DNA of 64,000 bases from Mustelus asterias (lineage: Eukaryota). The stretch covers positions 63,426,001 to 63,490,000 of the forward strand of contig NC_135803.1 of NCBI RefSeq assembly GCF_964213995.1. The letters run 5' to 3'. Position numbers and translations under genes: made by a program. The notes below the pieces were generated by a model. It made no database searches. It was not told the DNA's origin and worked only from the letters and a program-made list of their open reading frames with translations. Of the stretch, positions 12,132 to 25,261 are shown in pieces. The stretch's first letter is position 1. Each line of letters starts with the position of its first letter.

Positions 12132-13296
12132 GTTGTGTTTCCTGGCCAAGATTGGTACACAATCTTTTACGAATTCAAAGTAGTTTTTGTACTGAAAAAT
12201 CCCTTATCCAATAATTTCAACGATGCATATTAAATAACCTAACAAAGTGGAAATTAACACTGCAGATTAAGCAACTTTATATTAAGAGCAGATAATATTC
12301 AAAATGTGTTCTGGTAAGAATCATTCATTATCGGCACACTGACTGCAAGCTTTCTGGCAAGCTTTCCAATGCACCAAGTGTTTTGTTATGCCTATCCACC
12401 ATACTTCTTCTGTAGGCCTTCCCCTCAAGATTCTGTTGAGCTCTCTGCAACAGAATTGTGCACAACCTCTGGTGATCTGGCACCTGCGCTACTCATGTCC
12501 AGTGTCTCACCATCTGCAAATCCTGCCTCTAAACTATCCTTTACAGTACATGCAGTGTAAGAATCTGAGCTGATGGTTTTGTGAATGAGTAAAAAATGTG
12601 TCTGTCCTTCATCACTGTCATCCTGATCTTCCATCATTGTCTGGTTAGGCTGAAGATCTTGGGTATCTGAAAGGAAAAATGCACAAGGGTAGGGTTATGG
12701 TGAGCAGAGGAAAAGTAAGAGGTGTTCACAACACCTGCTGTTTGTAAATTAAAAGCAATTGTGGCATGAGGAAAAAGTGGGATGCAAAGAGGGTTTGGTA
12801 CGCAGAGACAATAACTTCTGATGGCTTCAGCAACACCACTTGCCGCAAACTCAGTCATGGCCACTCAAATGATGACAAGTACAGTCTCCTATATGGGGTG
12901 TCAGGAAAGCTGACATGAAGTCAGATTGAGCATGACCCACAACCTACAATTTCACCACAAACATAATGAATTGCTTAAAAACCTGTTCTTATTAAAGATA
13001 CAAGAAAATACACTGATCACAAGATGGCTGATAATGCAAAACGATTGCTTTCTGGAAAATTCCTATATGGATTATACAGGCAAGTCTGTCCTGGGGGGTT
13101 ACATAGAATTTTGCTCCTGTGGAGGTGGCTAAGGCCCACTTCAGACACTTGAAAGGAAGGCATAAAAAATGTAAAGAAGTTGGACCTTTAAATCACTGTT
13201 TGTGAAGACAATGGAAACTGCTCCCCAGCCAACAACATCCCATCAGGCATCCAAACCCCATTTCCTGCTGATTTATATCTTAGAATGTGCCCAAAA

Positions 13297-13599
13297 CATA
13301 GAAACCTACAGTGCAGAAGGAGGCCATTCGGCCCATCGAGTCTGCACCAACCATAATCCCACCCAGGCCCTATCCCCATACATTTACCCTAGTTAGTCCT
13401 CCTGACATTAAGGGACATTGAGCATGATCAATCCACCTAACTTGCACATCTTTAGACTGTGGGAGGAAACCAGAGCACCCGAAAACCCACGCACAAATGG
13501 GAAGAATGTGCAAACTCCACACAGAAAGTGACCCAAGCCAGGAATCAAATCCTGGCGCTGTGAAGCAGCAGTGCTAACCACTGTGTCACCATACCGCCC
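13297..13599 (-). mobile_element. HE1 SINE
   Basis: Reverse complement of the HE1 head, body and tail. Confidence 0.9.
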
Positions 13600-14241
13600 C
13601 CTAGGATTAAAGCAAAATGGACTTTAGATGCAAAATAACCTATTTCTCTTCAGGAATATACAGAGAAATGAGTTTAAAACCAGTTCTGAAAACATGCGCT
13701 GGCAGAATAGGAGAACAATGACAAAGAAGCAAGGACACCTCTCTTTGAAGACAAGTGTAACAGGAAGAAGCAAGTAACAGGAAGGACAGGCACCCCTGCA
13801 GAGACTAGTAGGTCATCTTTCTCTGGAAACAATCAAAGAGTATCTTCTTCAGCAGAGTGCAAAATTGAACCAAGCCAACAAGTGTCTCTAATAGATTGCA
13901 AAACTGCTAAAGTCAGTGCCAGAGTTCTACTGTAATCACTTAACTAATGGTTGCAACTTAACATCATCTACACATCATCAACAAGCCAGAGACTTATTTG
14001 TATATTTCCTTCAACTTTTATTTCTGATATGTGTGTTTGTGGTGAGTTTTATTATCTTTCCCTCAGATTTAAGTAAACTTAGTCTTTCTTTGGCTCAAGA
14101 AACCTGATTGGATTGGCTAAATTTGATAAAAATTAAATACACTTATACTGGAAAAATTATCTACGGAGGAACAAAATTTAGACAGACCTCTGTTGTGACC
14201 AACTGGGGAGTCAGCTCATTCCTCCTCACCCAGTCATAACA
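13600..14241 (+). mobile_element. Probable LTR fragment
   Basis: Ends in CCCAGTCATAACA, the inverse of the TGTTATGA LTR start seen at 35469. 5' end lost. Confidence 0.5.
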
Positions 14242-14569
14242 GGGGGCAAGGATAAGCAACCATGCCAGTGCCCCTTCAGTAAATGATTTTATCTCCAGTT
14301 ATGCACCATATAATCCTACTAACACATTGTGCAATGCATTTGGGTGATGTGGCTATCAAATAAGTAACAATAACATATGCCAGTACTGAGATATAGATAT
14401 AAACAACACTGCTCAGAGCTTGAGTGAGGTGGAATTTCTTGACCACTTGTGCGAGGTCATTGAACTTGTTGTGCCACTGTATCCATTCTTGTGCCTTATC
14501 TATTTCAAAATATTTTTTGAATGACTTCTAGAACCGGCTGTCGACAAAACACAGCTCCTCTTTAAGGGG

Positions 14570-15905
14570 CTAAAGGTCGATAAGTCCCCTGCGCCTGATA
14601 GATTGCATCCTAGGATATTAAATGAAGTAGCTGCAGAGATAGTAGATGCACTAGTAGTCTTTTCCAAAAATCCCTCATCCTTGTGAGCTCCTGCGAATAT
14701 AATCCTAAATGACTCAATCTCTCCTCATACATCAACTCCAGCAACCCAGGAATCAGTTTGGTAACCTTTGTGCACTCCGAATATAGCAAGAACATCCTTT
14801 CTCTGATAAGGAAACTAAAACTGCACACAGTATTCCAGGTGTGTCCTCACCAAGGCCCTGTATAATTACAGCAAGGCATCCCTGCTTGAATCCTCTTGTC
14901 ATGAAGGTCAACATAACATGTGCCTTCTTTACCACCTGCTGTATCTGCATGCTTACTTTCAGCAAATGGTGTACAGGGACACCCAGGTCTTGTTGCACAT
15001 TCACCTTTCTCAATTTATAACCATTCAGATAATAATCTGCCCGTTGTTGCCACCAAAAAGGATAACCTCACATTTATCCACATTATACTGCATCTGCCGT
15101 ACATTTGCCCACTCAACTTGCCCAAATCACACTGAAGCATCTCTGCATCCTCCTCATAGCTCACCCTTCCACCTAGCTTTATCTGCAAATTTGGAGATAC
15201 ATTTAGTTCCCTCGTCTAAATCATTAATATATATTGTGAATAGCTGTGGTTCTAAAACTGATCCTTGCAGTACCCCATTAGTCACTGCTGCCATTCGGAA
15301 AAAGATCCATTTATTCTTATTCTTGGTTTCCTGTCTGCCAACCAGTTTTCTATCCATCTCAATATACTGTCCTCAATTGCATGCACTTTAATTTTCCACA
15401 CTAATCTTTCATGTGGGACTTTGTCGAAAGCCTTCTGAAATGCCAATTAAACCACATCCTTTGGTTCCCCCTCATTAACTCTGCTAGTTACATCCTCAAA
15501 GAATTACAGTAGATTTGTCAAACATGATTTCCCTTTCGTAAATCCCTGCTATCTCTGTCCGATTCTACTACTGTTTTCCACGTGCTCTGCTATACTAATC
15601 TTTGGTAATGGTCTCTAGAACTTTCCCCACTACCAACATCAGGCTGATTGGTCTGTAATTCTGTTCTCTCTCTACCATCCTTTTTAAATAGTGGGGTTAC
15701 ATTTGCTACAGAATGGAGGGTTGCTACTGTTCCAGAGTCAATAGAATAGTGGAAATTGACCGCTAATGCATCCACTATTTCTAGGGTCACTTCCTTAAGT
15801 ACTCTGGGAAATAGTTTATCAGGCCTTGGTGATTTATCAGCCTTCAATCCCATCAATTTCCCCAACACCATTGCTCTACTAATACTAATATCCTTCAGTT
15901 CCTCC
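14570..15905 (-). mobile_element. CR1 LINE RT fragment
   Basis: ORFs 15590-15928 (LKADKSPRPD..PRVLKE, ANVTPLFKK), 15154-15357 (GVLQGSVL, YINDLD, KFAD) and 14753-15013. Confidence 0.92.
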
Positions 15906-16114
15906 CAATAATAATTGGAAGGATGCATATTTTTTCTGATAATGTGAAAATTGAAGGCTTAATTGTACACAACGTCTACTCTAGCTGAAACTGTAGAATG
16001 GTGTTTGAGATGCTTGGATGCATTTTGTTCCTGCATCACTTTTGTAAATGAGGGGGCTGAGGTGAGAAGTACATCTTTGTTCAGAAAGCCATTTTTACAA
16101 AAAAAGTTTTAAAA

Positions 16115-16960
16115 ATTCATTTCTGGGATGTGGGCATCAAGGGCGAGACCACCATTTTATATTGTCCATCCCTAATTGCCCTCAAGGTCATGGCAAGTTG
16201 TCTTCCAGAAATACTGCAGTCCATGTGGATAGGTACACCACAATGATGTTATCAAAGGTGTCCAGGATTTTGCCCCAGTGACAGTGACGGGATGGTGATA
16301 TAATGTCAAGTCAGGATAGCATGTGGCTTGGAGGGGAACTTGCAGGTGGTGGTGGTACCAAAGCATCTGTTGCACCAAAGCATCTGTTGCACTTGTCTTT
16401 CGAGGTGGTAGAGGTCGCAGATTTGGAAGTTGCTGTCAAAGGAGCCTTGATGAGTGGCTACAGTGCAAAATGTAGATGGTAAACATGAGTGGATGAGGTG
16501 CCAGTCAAGTGGACCGATTTGTCCTGGACAGTGTCAAGTTTTCTTGCTTGAGCTGCACTCATCCAAGCAAGTGGATAGTATTCCATCACGCTCCTGACTT
16601 GTAAATGGTTTTAAGTCAGGAGGTACGTTACTCTGCAGGAGTTCTAGCCTCTGACCTGCCCTTGTAGCATAGTATTTAAATAGCTAGTCCAGTCCTGGTC
16701 AATGAAAACCCCCCCAGAATGTTGATAGTGGAGTTCTCAGTGATTTTGATTTGATTTAAGTATTGTTTCTTGCATGCTATATAGACAAAGTATACTGATC
16801 ATAGAGAAGGAAAGGAGAGAGTGCAGAGTGTAGATAGCAATACAATTGAATGTCAAAGGGAAATAATTGGATTCTTTCTTGTTAGAGATGGTCATTGTCT
16901 GGTATTTGTGTGGTTTGAATGTTACTTATCACTTATCAGCTCAAACCTGAATATTGCTGC
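16115..16960 (-). mobile_element. Old CR1-clade LINE 3' fragment (second family)
   Basis: Degenerate RT C-terminus and 3' UTR. Appears related to 18370-18965. Confidence 0.6.
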
Positions 16961-17648
16961 ATATGGGCAGAGTACTTCAATTCAAACTGGATATCTATAG
17001 AAGTTAGTTAGCAATGCAATGTTTTCTATAGAGGAAAAAGGTATGTGTGCTATTATTTGATAAAACAGGAGTAAATACATTGGGAGTTTGATTCAACCTC
17101 CTTGTTGTTAATTTTCACATGCGAGAAACTGTACCAACGCTGCAAAAAAAATAAAAACAGAGGATCATTCTGGGGTATGCAGCATTTTTTACCTAATGAT
17201 GCTCTATTGCAGATTATATTTGGCAGAATATGGGGTCGGGGTGTTAGAATACTAATTACTGACTGGACAGCTGACTCTCTGAGTGATGCCTTTCTCCTTC
17301 TGTCGAAACTAATCAGCAGCCAAATGTTGTCAGAAGAATCAGTAGGCTTCAAATTAACTTTTATTATTAGATAAGTTCTGTCACTATAACAATGCATTTT
17401 TATTTCAGTTATGCATAAGAACGATCGATTAAAACCCTCATGATTTTCTTTGAAGTGTCTGTACAGTAGAGGTAGATTAAAATACAATGATACAGTAGAA
17501 TCTAGAACAATGACAATAAAGTCAGAAAAAATGAATGTACTATTTGCTCTGCATCAGTAGGGAGTGTTTACACAGATGGCAAATAACAACCTTTTGCAGT
17601 GTCCATGAATCTGGAGACATGTGCTTTATCGCCATGTTAGTTGTGGAT

Positions 17649-17821
17649 TTATTCATCTACAGCATGAACACTGGGGATTTTATTGGCTGTCAAGTGCAGA
17701 AATCCTATACATATTGAAGATACCAACACAATAGAATATTTAAATGACGTATATGCATTTCTTCTTACATTTGATTTAATTATCCTTCTGCTAATTTCCA
17801 TACAGACAGAATTTGGCTTAG
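17649..17821 (-). other. Candidate terminal exon of the minus-strand transcript; open frame ending in a hydrophobic segment
   Basis: Acceptor TGTTTGTTTCTTACAG before 17821. Frame KPNSVCMEISRRIIKSNVRRNAYTSFKYSIVLVSSICIGFLHLTANKIPSVHAVDE*. Several minus-strand AATAAA at 17360-17685 in TE-poor sequence. Confidence 0.35.
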
Positions 17822-17935
17822 CTGTAAGAAACAAACATTTGGGGGGGTGGGGGTCCAGACCTCAGGTGGAAATAACCTTTTGAAAATCCAGATGAACCAC
17901 ATTTACTGTATTATCACCACCTGGTCTCCCTGCTC

Positions 17936-19210
17936 AAAAAAATCAATGAGGTTGATCAAGCAAGATTTTCCCTTTATAAACCCATGCTGATTATTACATC
18001 ATATTCCTAGATTTTTTTTTCTCCTTTAGTCAGGATTCCATTATTTTTCCTGCAACTGAAGCTGATTGGTTTATAATTCGCTGGACATGTTATGTCCCTA
18101 TTAAAGGAATTACATTAGCTCTCTGCCATAATGAATTATTAAATATGTAATAATGCATCACTTCCATTGATTCTTTTAAAAATGTGGATGAAATCCATCC
18201 AGAGCAAAAGCTTTTATTTCGTGACAACTCAGATAGAAATATTACAGTTCTGCTTGTTTTCTTACAGAAAATCATTTCTGCAAGATTCTAGTGAATTGCA
18301 TAAATGTGTTTAAATTATGCATTCCGCACTTGCAGTTTGCTCACTATGTGCAATTATTAAATCATATTTCTTGCCTTCATTCGTTAGTTCTGATATGAGC
18401 AGAACAATTGTATTCAGCCATGGCCTGTAACCTCAAGGCCCTCACTCTACTGTTACCATCAAGCCAAAGGATCAATCCTGGTTCAATGAAGAGTGGAGAG
18501 TATGCCAGGAGCAGCACTGAAAAATAAGGTGTCAATCTGGTGAAGCTACAATGAAGGATGACTTGCATGCCAAACAGCAGAAGCAGCATATGATAGAGCT
18601 AAGCGATCCCACAATCAACAGATCAGATCAAAGCTCTTGTCACATCCAGCCATGAATTGGGGTGTACAATTAAACTACAAGAGGAGGAGGCTTCACAAAT
18701 ATCCCCATCTTCAGTGATGGGGAAATCGTGCAAAATACAAGGCTGAAGAATTTTCAACCATCCTCAGCCAAAGTGCTGAGTGTTTAATCCATCAGAGCCT
18801 CCTTCCAATGTCCCCAGCATTACAGATACTAATCTTCAGCCAATTTGATCCATGCCATATGATATCAAGAAATTGTTGAAGGCACTGACACCATCCCAGT
18901 GATTGTACTGAAGACTTGTGCTCCAGAACTAGCTGTGTCCCTAACCAATCTACAACATTGGCATCTTAAAAATCTTGGACTAAAAAACAAAATCAATGAA
19001 GTTGGTCAAGCAAGATTTTCCCTTTATAAACCTATGCTGATTATTCATTCCATCATATTCCTAGATTTTTAAAAATGTTCTCCTTTAGTCAGGATTCCAT
19101 TATTTTTCCTGCAACTGAAGCGGATTGGTTTATAATTCGCTGGACATATTATGTCCCTCATAAAGGAATTACATTAGCTCTCTGCCATAATGAATTATTA
19201 AATGTGTAAT
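17936..19210 (+). repeat. ~220-bp direct duplication (17936-18151 and 18989-19210) flanking a LINE fragment (18370-18965)
   Basis: Both copies read AAATCAATGA.GTTG.TCAAGCAAGATTTTCCCTTTATAAACC...GCCATAATGAATTATTAAAT with few differences. Confidence 0.9.
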
Positions 19211-19789
19211 ATTCCAGTGCAGTAACTTCTGCGCTCTTGTTTGGATGAGATGCTAAATAAGGCCCTGTCTATCCTCTTGGATTGCATTATTTTCAAGAGC
19301 AGTGGAATTGCTCGACACCTTTAATAACATTGAGTTTCTGCTTGGGTGCAATTTCTAATCAGGTGTACGTTACCCCCATTTGATGACAAAGTTTTTTCTG
19401 AATTCCCCATTGAATTTCTTGTGACTATCTTTTTTTGATAGTCACCAAATCTTCCACACAAAAGGAAACATTTTTTGTCCAATCTTCCATAATTTTAAAG
19501 ACCTTTTTGAAGCCACCTCTCAGCCTTTTTTTCCCCCCAAGAGGATGTGACAAGAGCTTTGAGCTTGAATCCACAATTTTCTGATTCAAAATTGAACTTC
19601 AGCTGAACTACAGTTGGCACAGTTATCACAATAACTTAAAACAAACATGGTTAAATTCAGAATTTATATTAAAAATCTGTTTACGGATGGTCCTTTCAGC
19701 ATTTCTACTTTGCATAATGATACATTTGTTTTGAGCTTTAAGATGTTTACAAATAAAAGAATTGTAGCAAGTTTTACTTTTCTTTTACA

Positions 19790-20900
19790 TTATCCTCTTT
19801 GTCACGGGTGGGACATAAGGCCTCAACAATGTTCCTCCATCAGGCCCTCTAGTGCGCTGTGGCTTGTGCTTCGCCCAATGTTATCCCATCTCCTCCAGTT
19901 TAACCATCACAGTTCTTCTGTTTTTAGCCTGCCCAACATTTCCTGGCTGGTGTCCATCGAAGAGCAAGAGTCAATATTCACTCTTGGGACATCCTTAGCA
20001 CGTGTCTAAGCCATCTTACTTGGTGCTATTTGGAATGTTACAGATCTCACATAGGCAACTATTAGCAAGGCATTGACTTTGCAAATTTCCATCTTCATTT
20101 ACCTCCAGCATTCGGATCCATACAGCGGGACTGACTTTACATTACTAATGTAGAGTCTGACTACATTGTTTGGACTTCTAGATGGCTCAAAGTCTATTAG
20201 ATATACCTCTAGCTTTATTCGGACAGGCCTGCATATCCTTCTTAGCACAGCTGATCAGATTCCTGAGGCGTGAAGTCCTCAACAAACTGTAGCTCTTCTC
20301 CATCAATGTTAATTGGAGGTGCTGCTGGTGGGTTGATGCTCATGCCTTGTGTTTTCTGCTTGTTGATATACAGACCAGTTTGTTTTGCAGACATGCTGAG
20401 TCTGTCAGACTTTTCCTGGAGGTGACTGCAGTATCAGCAAAGTAGAGGTCTTCCAAATGTGAAAAAGAGGGTCCACTGAATTCCCCAGGACACCTGATGT
20501 TTCACACATCATCCAGTTGATGATGACGAGAGTGAGAGACAGGAATGCAGCCCTGCCAGACTCCATTTCAAAACTCTCAACGTATCAGTGTTCATAGAAC
20601 TTCCCAATGAGATTGCAATCTTGAACAGAATTCCATAGGCTGAGAATCATCCACAAAGCACTCACAGTGAACACTGTCAAATGTCTTCCTGAAGTCTATA
20701 AAGTTGATATAGAATGGTACATTCCAAAGGAGACATTGTTCTATGTTGTTTTGCAGAGCAAATATCTGGTCTTAACATCCTCTGCCCTTAAAGAACCATG
20801 CTTGCTCTGGACGAATGTCATCAATGGTATGATCAATCCACTTGAGAATTCTGCAGAAGATTTTGCTAGGGATGAAAAGGAATGTAATTCCTCACCAACC
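19790..20900 (-). mobile_element. RTE-clade LINE fragment flanked by a diverged ~210-bp duplication (19561-19774 / 20928-21134)
   Basis: Minus-strand RT-like remnants (YINFIDFRKTFDSVH at ~20670-20712; LEDL at ~20450). Flanks share GCTTGAA...CAAAA.TGAACTTCA.CTGAACTA...AAAGAATTGTAGC. Confidence 0.7.
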
Positions 20901-23622
20901 AAGATTTTGTTCTTAAGTCTTGGAGTTGGGCTTGAACTCACATCATCTGACTCAAAACTGAACTTCAACTGAACTATAACTGGCACAGTATCATAGTAAG
21001 TTTTATACTTAAATATGGTCAAATTCAGAATTGATATTCAAAACCTCCCTCTAAACTTGCTCACCTATAGTCCTTTCAGAATTTCTACTGTGCACATGAA
21101 CTTTAAGATAAACATAAAGAATTGTAGCTAGTTTGACCACTTAGAATATGTTACAAAATATAAACAAGGCCTAATTATAAGGTGAAAGTTCCATTTGTTA
21201 CATGTGGTATTATGTAACCAAAGTAACAAGAATCAATTGAATATTGAAGCCATTATTGCTTTTCAGGAAAGCTTTGCTCAACTGACATTTATTGAAATTA
21301 AATGCCTTTGAGCCTGAAGAGTGCTGCAAGTTTGAATATTAACTGAAAACAACATTGTTGCAATATTTCTTTTTCATATTCAGGCTACTACCAGAGGAAG
21401 AGAGAGACTGAGGCAAATAGGTTCTGCAGGCAACTTCCTCAACTGCCTAAATGTATAGATTGATTTCACATTACACAAAAGATCTTCCGTTATTTGTTGA
21501 AAGTCATCATGGTGCATGCATCCTTTGTAATTTAGCCCTCTCTGGGTTCTTCAAGATGGCTTGTGAATGAGAAGGCATGTTTTCATTTGTCAGGTGGGGA
21601 AGGGCCTTGTCAAAGGTTTCAGTTACAGCTCCAGCTGATGTCCTCTGCAGTTGCCATGCAAAACTTCACCATTCAAAAATGTCTGTATTTGAATATACCT
21701 GGGGAGTTGGATCCAGCTTCTGTGGAACATTCATTGTGACCAAATGAGTACAAACTAAACTATTGGTTTGACATTGCTTCCCCTAAGAGGCCAGACAAAT
21801 ATGGCAGAAACTTAATGGAGTGGCAATCTCAGTTGGATTGCCAATCAGCTCCTTTTTTCTTACCCAGATTGAGAGCTACAGATTTCACACCCAGACTTCT
21901 GACTGGGACCTTGTGCAGTGCAGCTAGTTCCCAAGTCTTTCCAGTACAGGGTAGCAGTCTCAGTGAAAGTGAAGCCACGCCTTATTTTTATAACACTAGT
22001 TGCAGTGAGCAAGTTTAAAGGTCCCAGCCACTTTGAGAAGCCAGGGAGAAAGAAGTATGTAAGTGGGTTGTCTGGAGATCATGAGTGTCATAAGGGGGGT
22101 TGGGGGAAGTCAGTACTATTAACTACCAAGGATTTAGAACTGGTTTTAATCCTTTAACTTTTTTTGGGTAACTATTTTGCTAAGAAAGTTGGAACAATCC
22201 AAAGTCTCCAACTTAACTCAGAGTTTCGGATGGTTCCCATTGTAAGGTAATTACCCATCAAAAGGTAAAACTTTCCGGGCAATTCCGGTGTCTTCCTTGC
22301 ATGTGGACGGACTTCCAAGGGTCCCACAGCGTATCTTTGGGGGCACCAACTGGATACAGCCCCTGGGGAATGGAAGTTCTATATTTGCTTTCATTTGTTC
22401 TAGTGTTTTTCAGTGCAACCTAAAAGGTCAATATTGTAAGAACTGGTTGACTGAGCCTGTGCTATAAAGTCTCATGGGATCAAGGTGATGTTCCTTTCAG
22501 GGCGATTTGATCCCTGGGAGAAAGCTGCTGATGCTAGCTGCAACCATAAACTTCACTAATATTTTGCCAAATGAAGACTGTAGGCATGTTAGCTGCATAT
22601 GGATTTCAGATCTTCAAGCACATTTCAAGCGAGTTCTGAAACTATTGGTAATCTTCTGTTCATGGCACCTCGCCAGTGGAGGCCAATCTCATTAACACTC
22701 TCATTCCTTTCAGGTAAGAGAATGTGCTCTGGTGTCTGACTGAAATGAAATGATACAGGGGAAGGGGGAAATCATGAAGATTTTGGTAAAAGAGTGTGGG
22801 CAGGATGTTCATCCAAGGACTTGAGGGGAGTTGATCTTTGATTTCTCACCAGCCTGCTTGCCCTGACAAGGAAGAAGTCCCTTCTCTTCATCTTCCACCT
22901 AGTAGTCCCTCTATCTCTGCTTCCCATAGATCTGAGAGAAGGGAGGGTTTAAGCAAACAAAGGGTATGCATAACTTCCTTGGGATGAAGGAGGCAGTTAT
23001 GATCCTTCTGGAGACCATTAACTTTAAAAAAAGCAATTCAAACTTCCACTTAATAGCTGGATAGATAGCACAAGATTTCATATTTTAAGGTTTATTGCAA
23101 CAGACCAAAAGCACTTAAGTTAACTTCAAAAATAGTGTTTAGTTATGCTTTAAACTACAGAACTTAAAACTACCATCAAGTATTCTTGAAATAGACATTC
23201 AATTTTCCCAATACAAAAATGATTCGTAGCTCTGAAAGGTTTACTTCCAATCTTTTCCTTTCCCACCTTGCGCACTCTGTAAAACTGACCTGATCCTGAA
23301 CTCTGCCATCCATATCCTAATTTGCACCAGTCCTGTTTGCCCATCACCCGCTGTGCTCACTGACTTACACTAGTTTCCAAATGTCTCATTTTTAAAATTC
23401 TCATGCTTCAAATTCCTCCTCCCCATCTCTGCAACTTTCTCCAGCCATATAATGCTCTTGGACCTCTGTGCTCCTCCAATTTTGGTCTCTTCTACCCGAT
23501 CTTACTATGCCTTCAGCTGCCTGGGCCCCAAGTTCTGGTATTTCCTCCCTAACACAATAGTCCTTTGAGTGCTCAATAAACTACCTCTGGCAAAGCAGGT
23601 GGCCCAGCGTTCTGATATTTCC

Positions 23623-23940
23623 TTATGTGGTTTGATAATTACTTCTATCCACATGACTGGCCACTTTGTTGGTGTTTGCTCCCACACAGACCCAGCAGTT
23701 TGTATTTCCTTTGGAGGAGGATTTGGAGATTACTGTCACTACAATTGTGAGCTTTTCCCAATTACTATGCTCTTGTCCCTTTTTTGGCCATCTGTTTGTG
23801 CCAAGCCCACCAATGGATAAAAATAAGACCCATTTCTTGCAGTTGCCTTGACAGCAAGTGAACTTAGTGATCCAAATGTTTTCTCCCGAGCCTGCTGCTG
23901 CCACCTTCAGCCAAATTTGGCTTTTTAAAGGCTGCACTCT
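23623..23940 (-). mobile_element. Endogenous retrovirus env (SU)-like fragment
   Basis: ORF 23623-23937 contains GNTNCWVCVG, the CxxC motif typical of gamma-type Env SU, after a Cys/Trp-rich stretch. Confidence 0.5.
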
Positions 23941-25199
23941 AATTAAAAGGATAAATAGTTCAAAGGAATCGTTGGGCTCTGGGATATGGGTTGGGGAATG
24001 GGACTATTTGGAGACCTTTTTTAAAGAAAATGGCAATGACACAATCTATTTCTATAATAAATTCAAGCTGCACAAAGTTGATTCTCTATCATTTAAGGTT
24101 GCATTTGCACCCCCCACCCACCTCAATTCCCCTCTACATCCTGACTAGAATTGCTAAGTCTGGAGATGTAGTTACATCATACTGTTCTGTCATAGTGACT
24201 TTGCTGCACTAGGAAATCCTTAAACATGAAAAATGTAAGCATGTTTGATTGCTTCAAATAGCAATTCACTTTGCCCACTCCCTCATGCAATTTTTCTCCA
24301 AGTATGTCTTTTTGAAGGATACTATTGAATATATATCCAGCACATTCAGCCTGTGCATTCCAAATCCTAACCACTGTGCCCTCTGGTCAGCAGCCAATTT
24401 AAGCTACTGAAAACAGTTTCTCTTCATTTTACCTCTTCTATGCCCTCCCTAAAACAATACCCAAATCAGGCAATATTCCAATTGGGGCCAGCCAGTGTTC
24501 TATAGGTTTAGCATGACTTGCTCACTTCATTACTCTATGCCTTTATTCATGAAGGCCACATGCTTTATTAATGGCTCAGTGCAAAAAGCATACCACTATC
24601 TCCCTACAGTCCACAAAAACAGCCATTAATACAACGGATTTCTATTTCATAGCCAACTTTGTTACTGCTACCACTGTCTTCTTTATCCCATGGACTTCAA
24701 TTTTGCTAACAATTCAAACAGTGCTTTAATTCTTAACCCAATGAGCGTATTCACTTTTAATAACTATCAGCTGATGGCCATTTGGCAGATTCTAAAACAA
24801 GTTTGTGGGATCAAGGGTCACGCAAGACTTCAGCACATAATCAAGACTGACATTCACTACAGTATTGTGGGAATACCAACTAGATCCTCATTGGTAGGAG
24901 GGGAAAAAAATCAGATGGGGGGGTGGAGAGAGACAGGGCACTACATTTATAAAATAATCCACTTGGGGAATATTTCACTTTCCAAAAACAGTTTTTTTTA
25001 AAAACCGGAGCAAAACGTCTTCAACATCCAAGTAGGTTTTTGTTCTTGCCTGACTTCCAATGGGGATTGAACTAAAACTATCCAGTTAGAATCCAGTGTT
25101 AATGTAAGCCTTACTTGTGACTAATAAGTAAACTTTACTTTAACACATACATGCAAAGGAGTGGATACTTTCCTTTTATTATCTCCAATACAGACTCAC

Positions 25200-25261
25200 A
25201 TTGGAGATAAAAGGGTAGTGTTCTGGCCCAGCTAATGGCTGACAAAATGTTGTCATGCGTC
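25200..25261 (-). other. Candidate 62-nt internal exon
   Basis: Acceptor CTTTTTCATTGTAG and donor AAT|GTGAGT, both close to consensus. Confidence 0.5.

Larger units (their letters stand above)
12400..14490 (-). pseudogene. Fragments of a Harbinger-type Myb/SANT DNA-binding protein gene, split by a SINE and an LTR
   Basis: Minus strand at ~14440-14490 reads WIQWHNKFNDLAQVVK (Myb/SANT WxQxxKKFNDL-like). ~12820-12890 reads ETVLVII*VAMTEFAASGVAEAI. Acceptor TTTTTCCTTTCAG at ~12667 precedes an acidic exon (QDLQPNQTMMEDQDDSDE). Confidence 0.6.

Noticed and set aside
17053-17487. 144-aa minus-strand ORF
   Set aside because: Non-ATG start and no recognisable homology. More likely 3' UTR or non-coding sequence downstream of the candidate terminal exon.
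22700-22720. TTCCTTTCAG|GTAAG recursive-splice-like motif on the plus strand
   Set aside because: There is no evidence for a plus-strand intron here, and it lies in probable TE-derived DNA.
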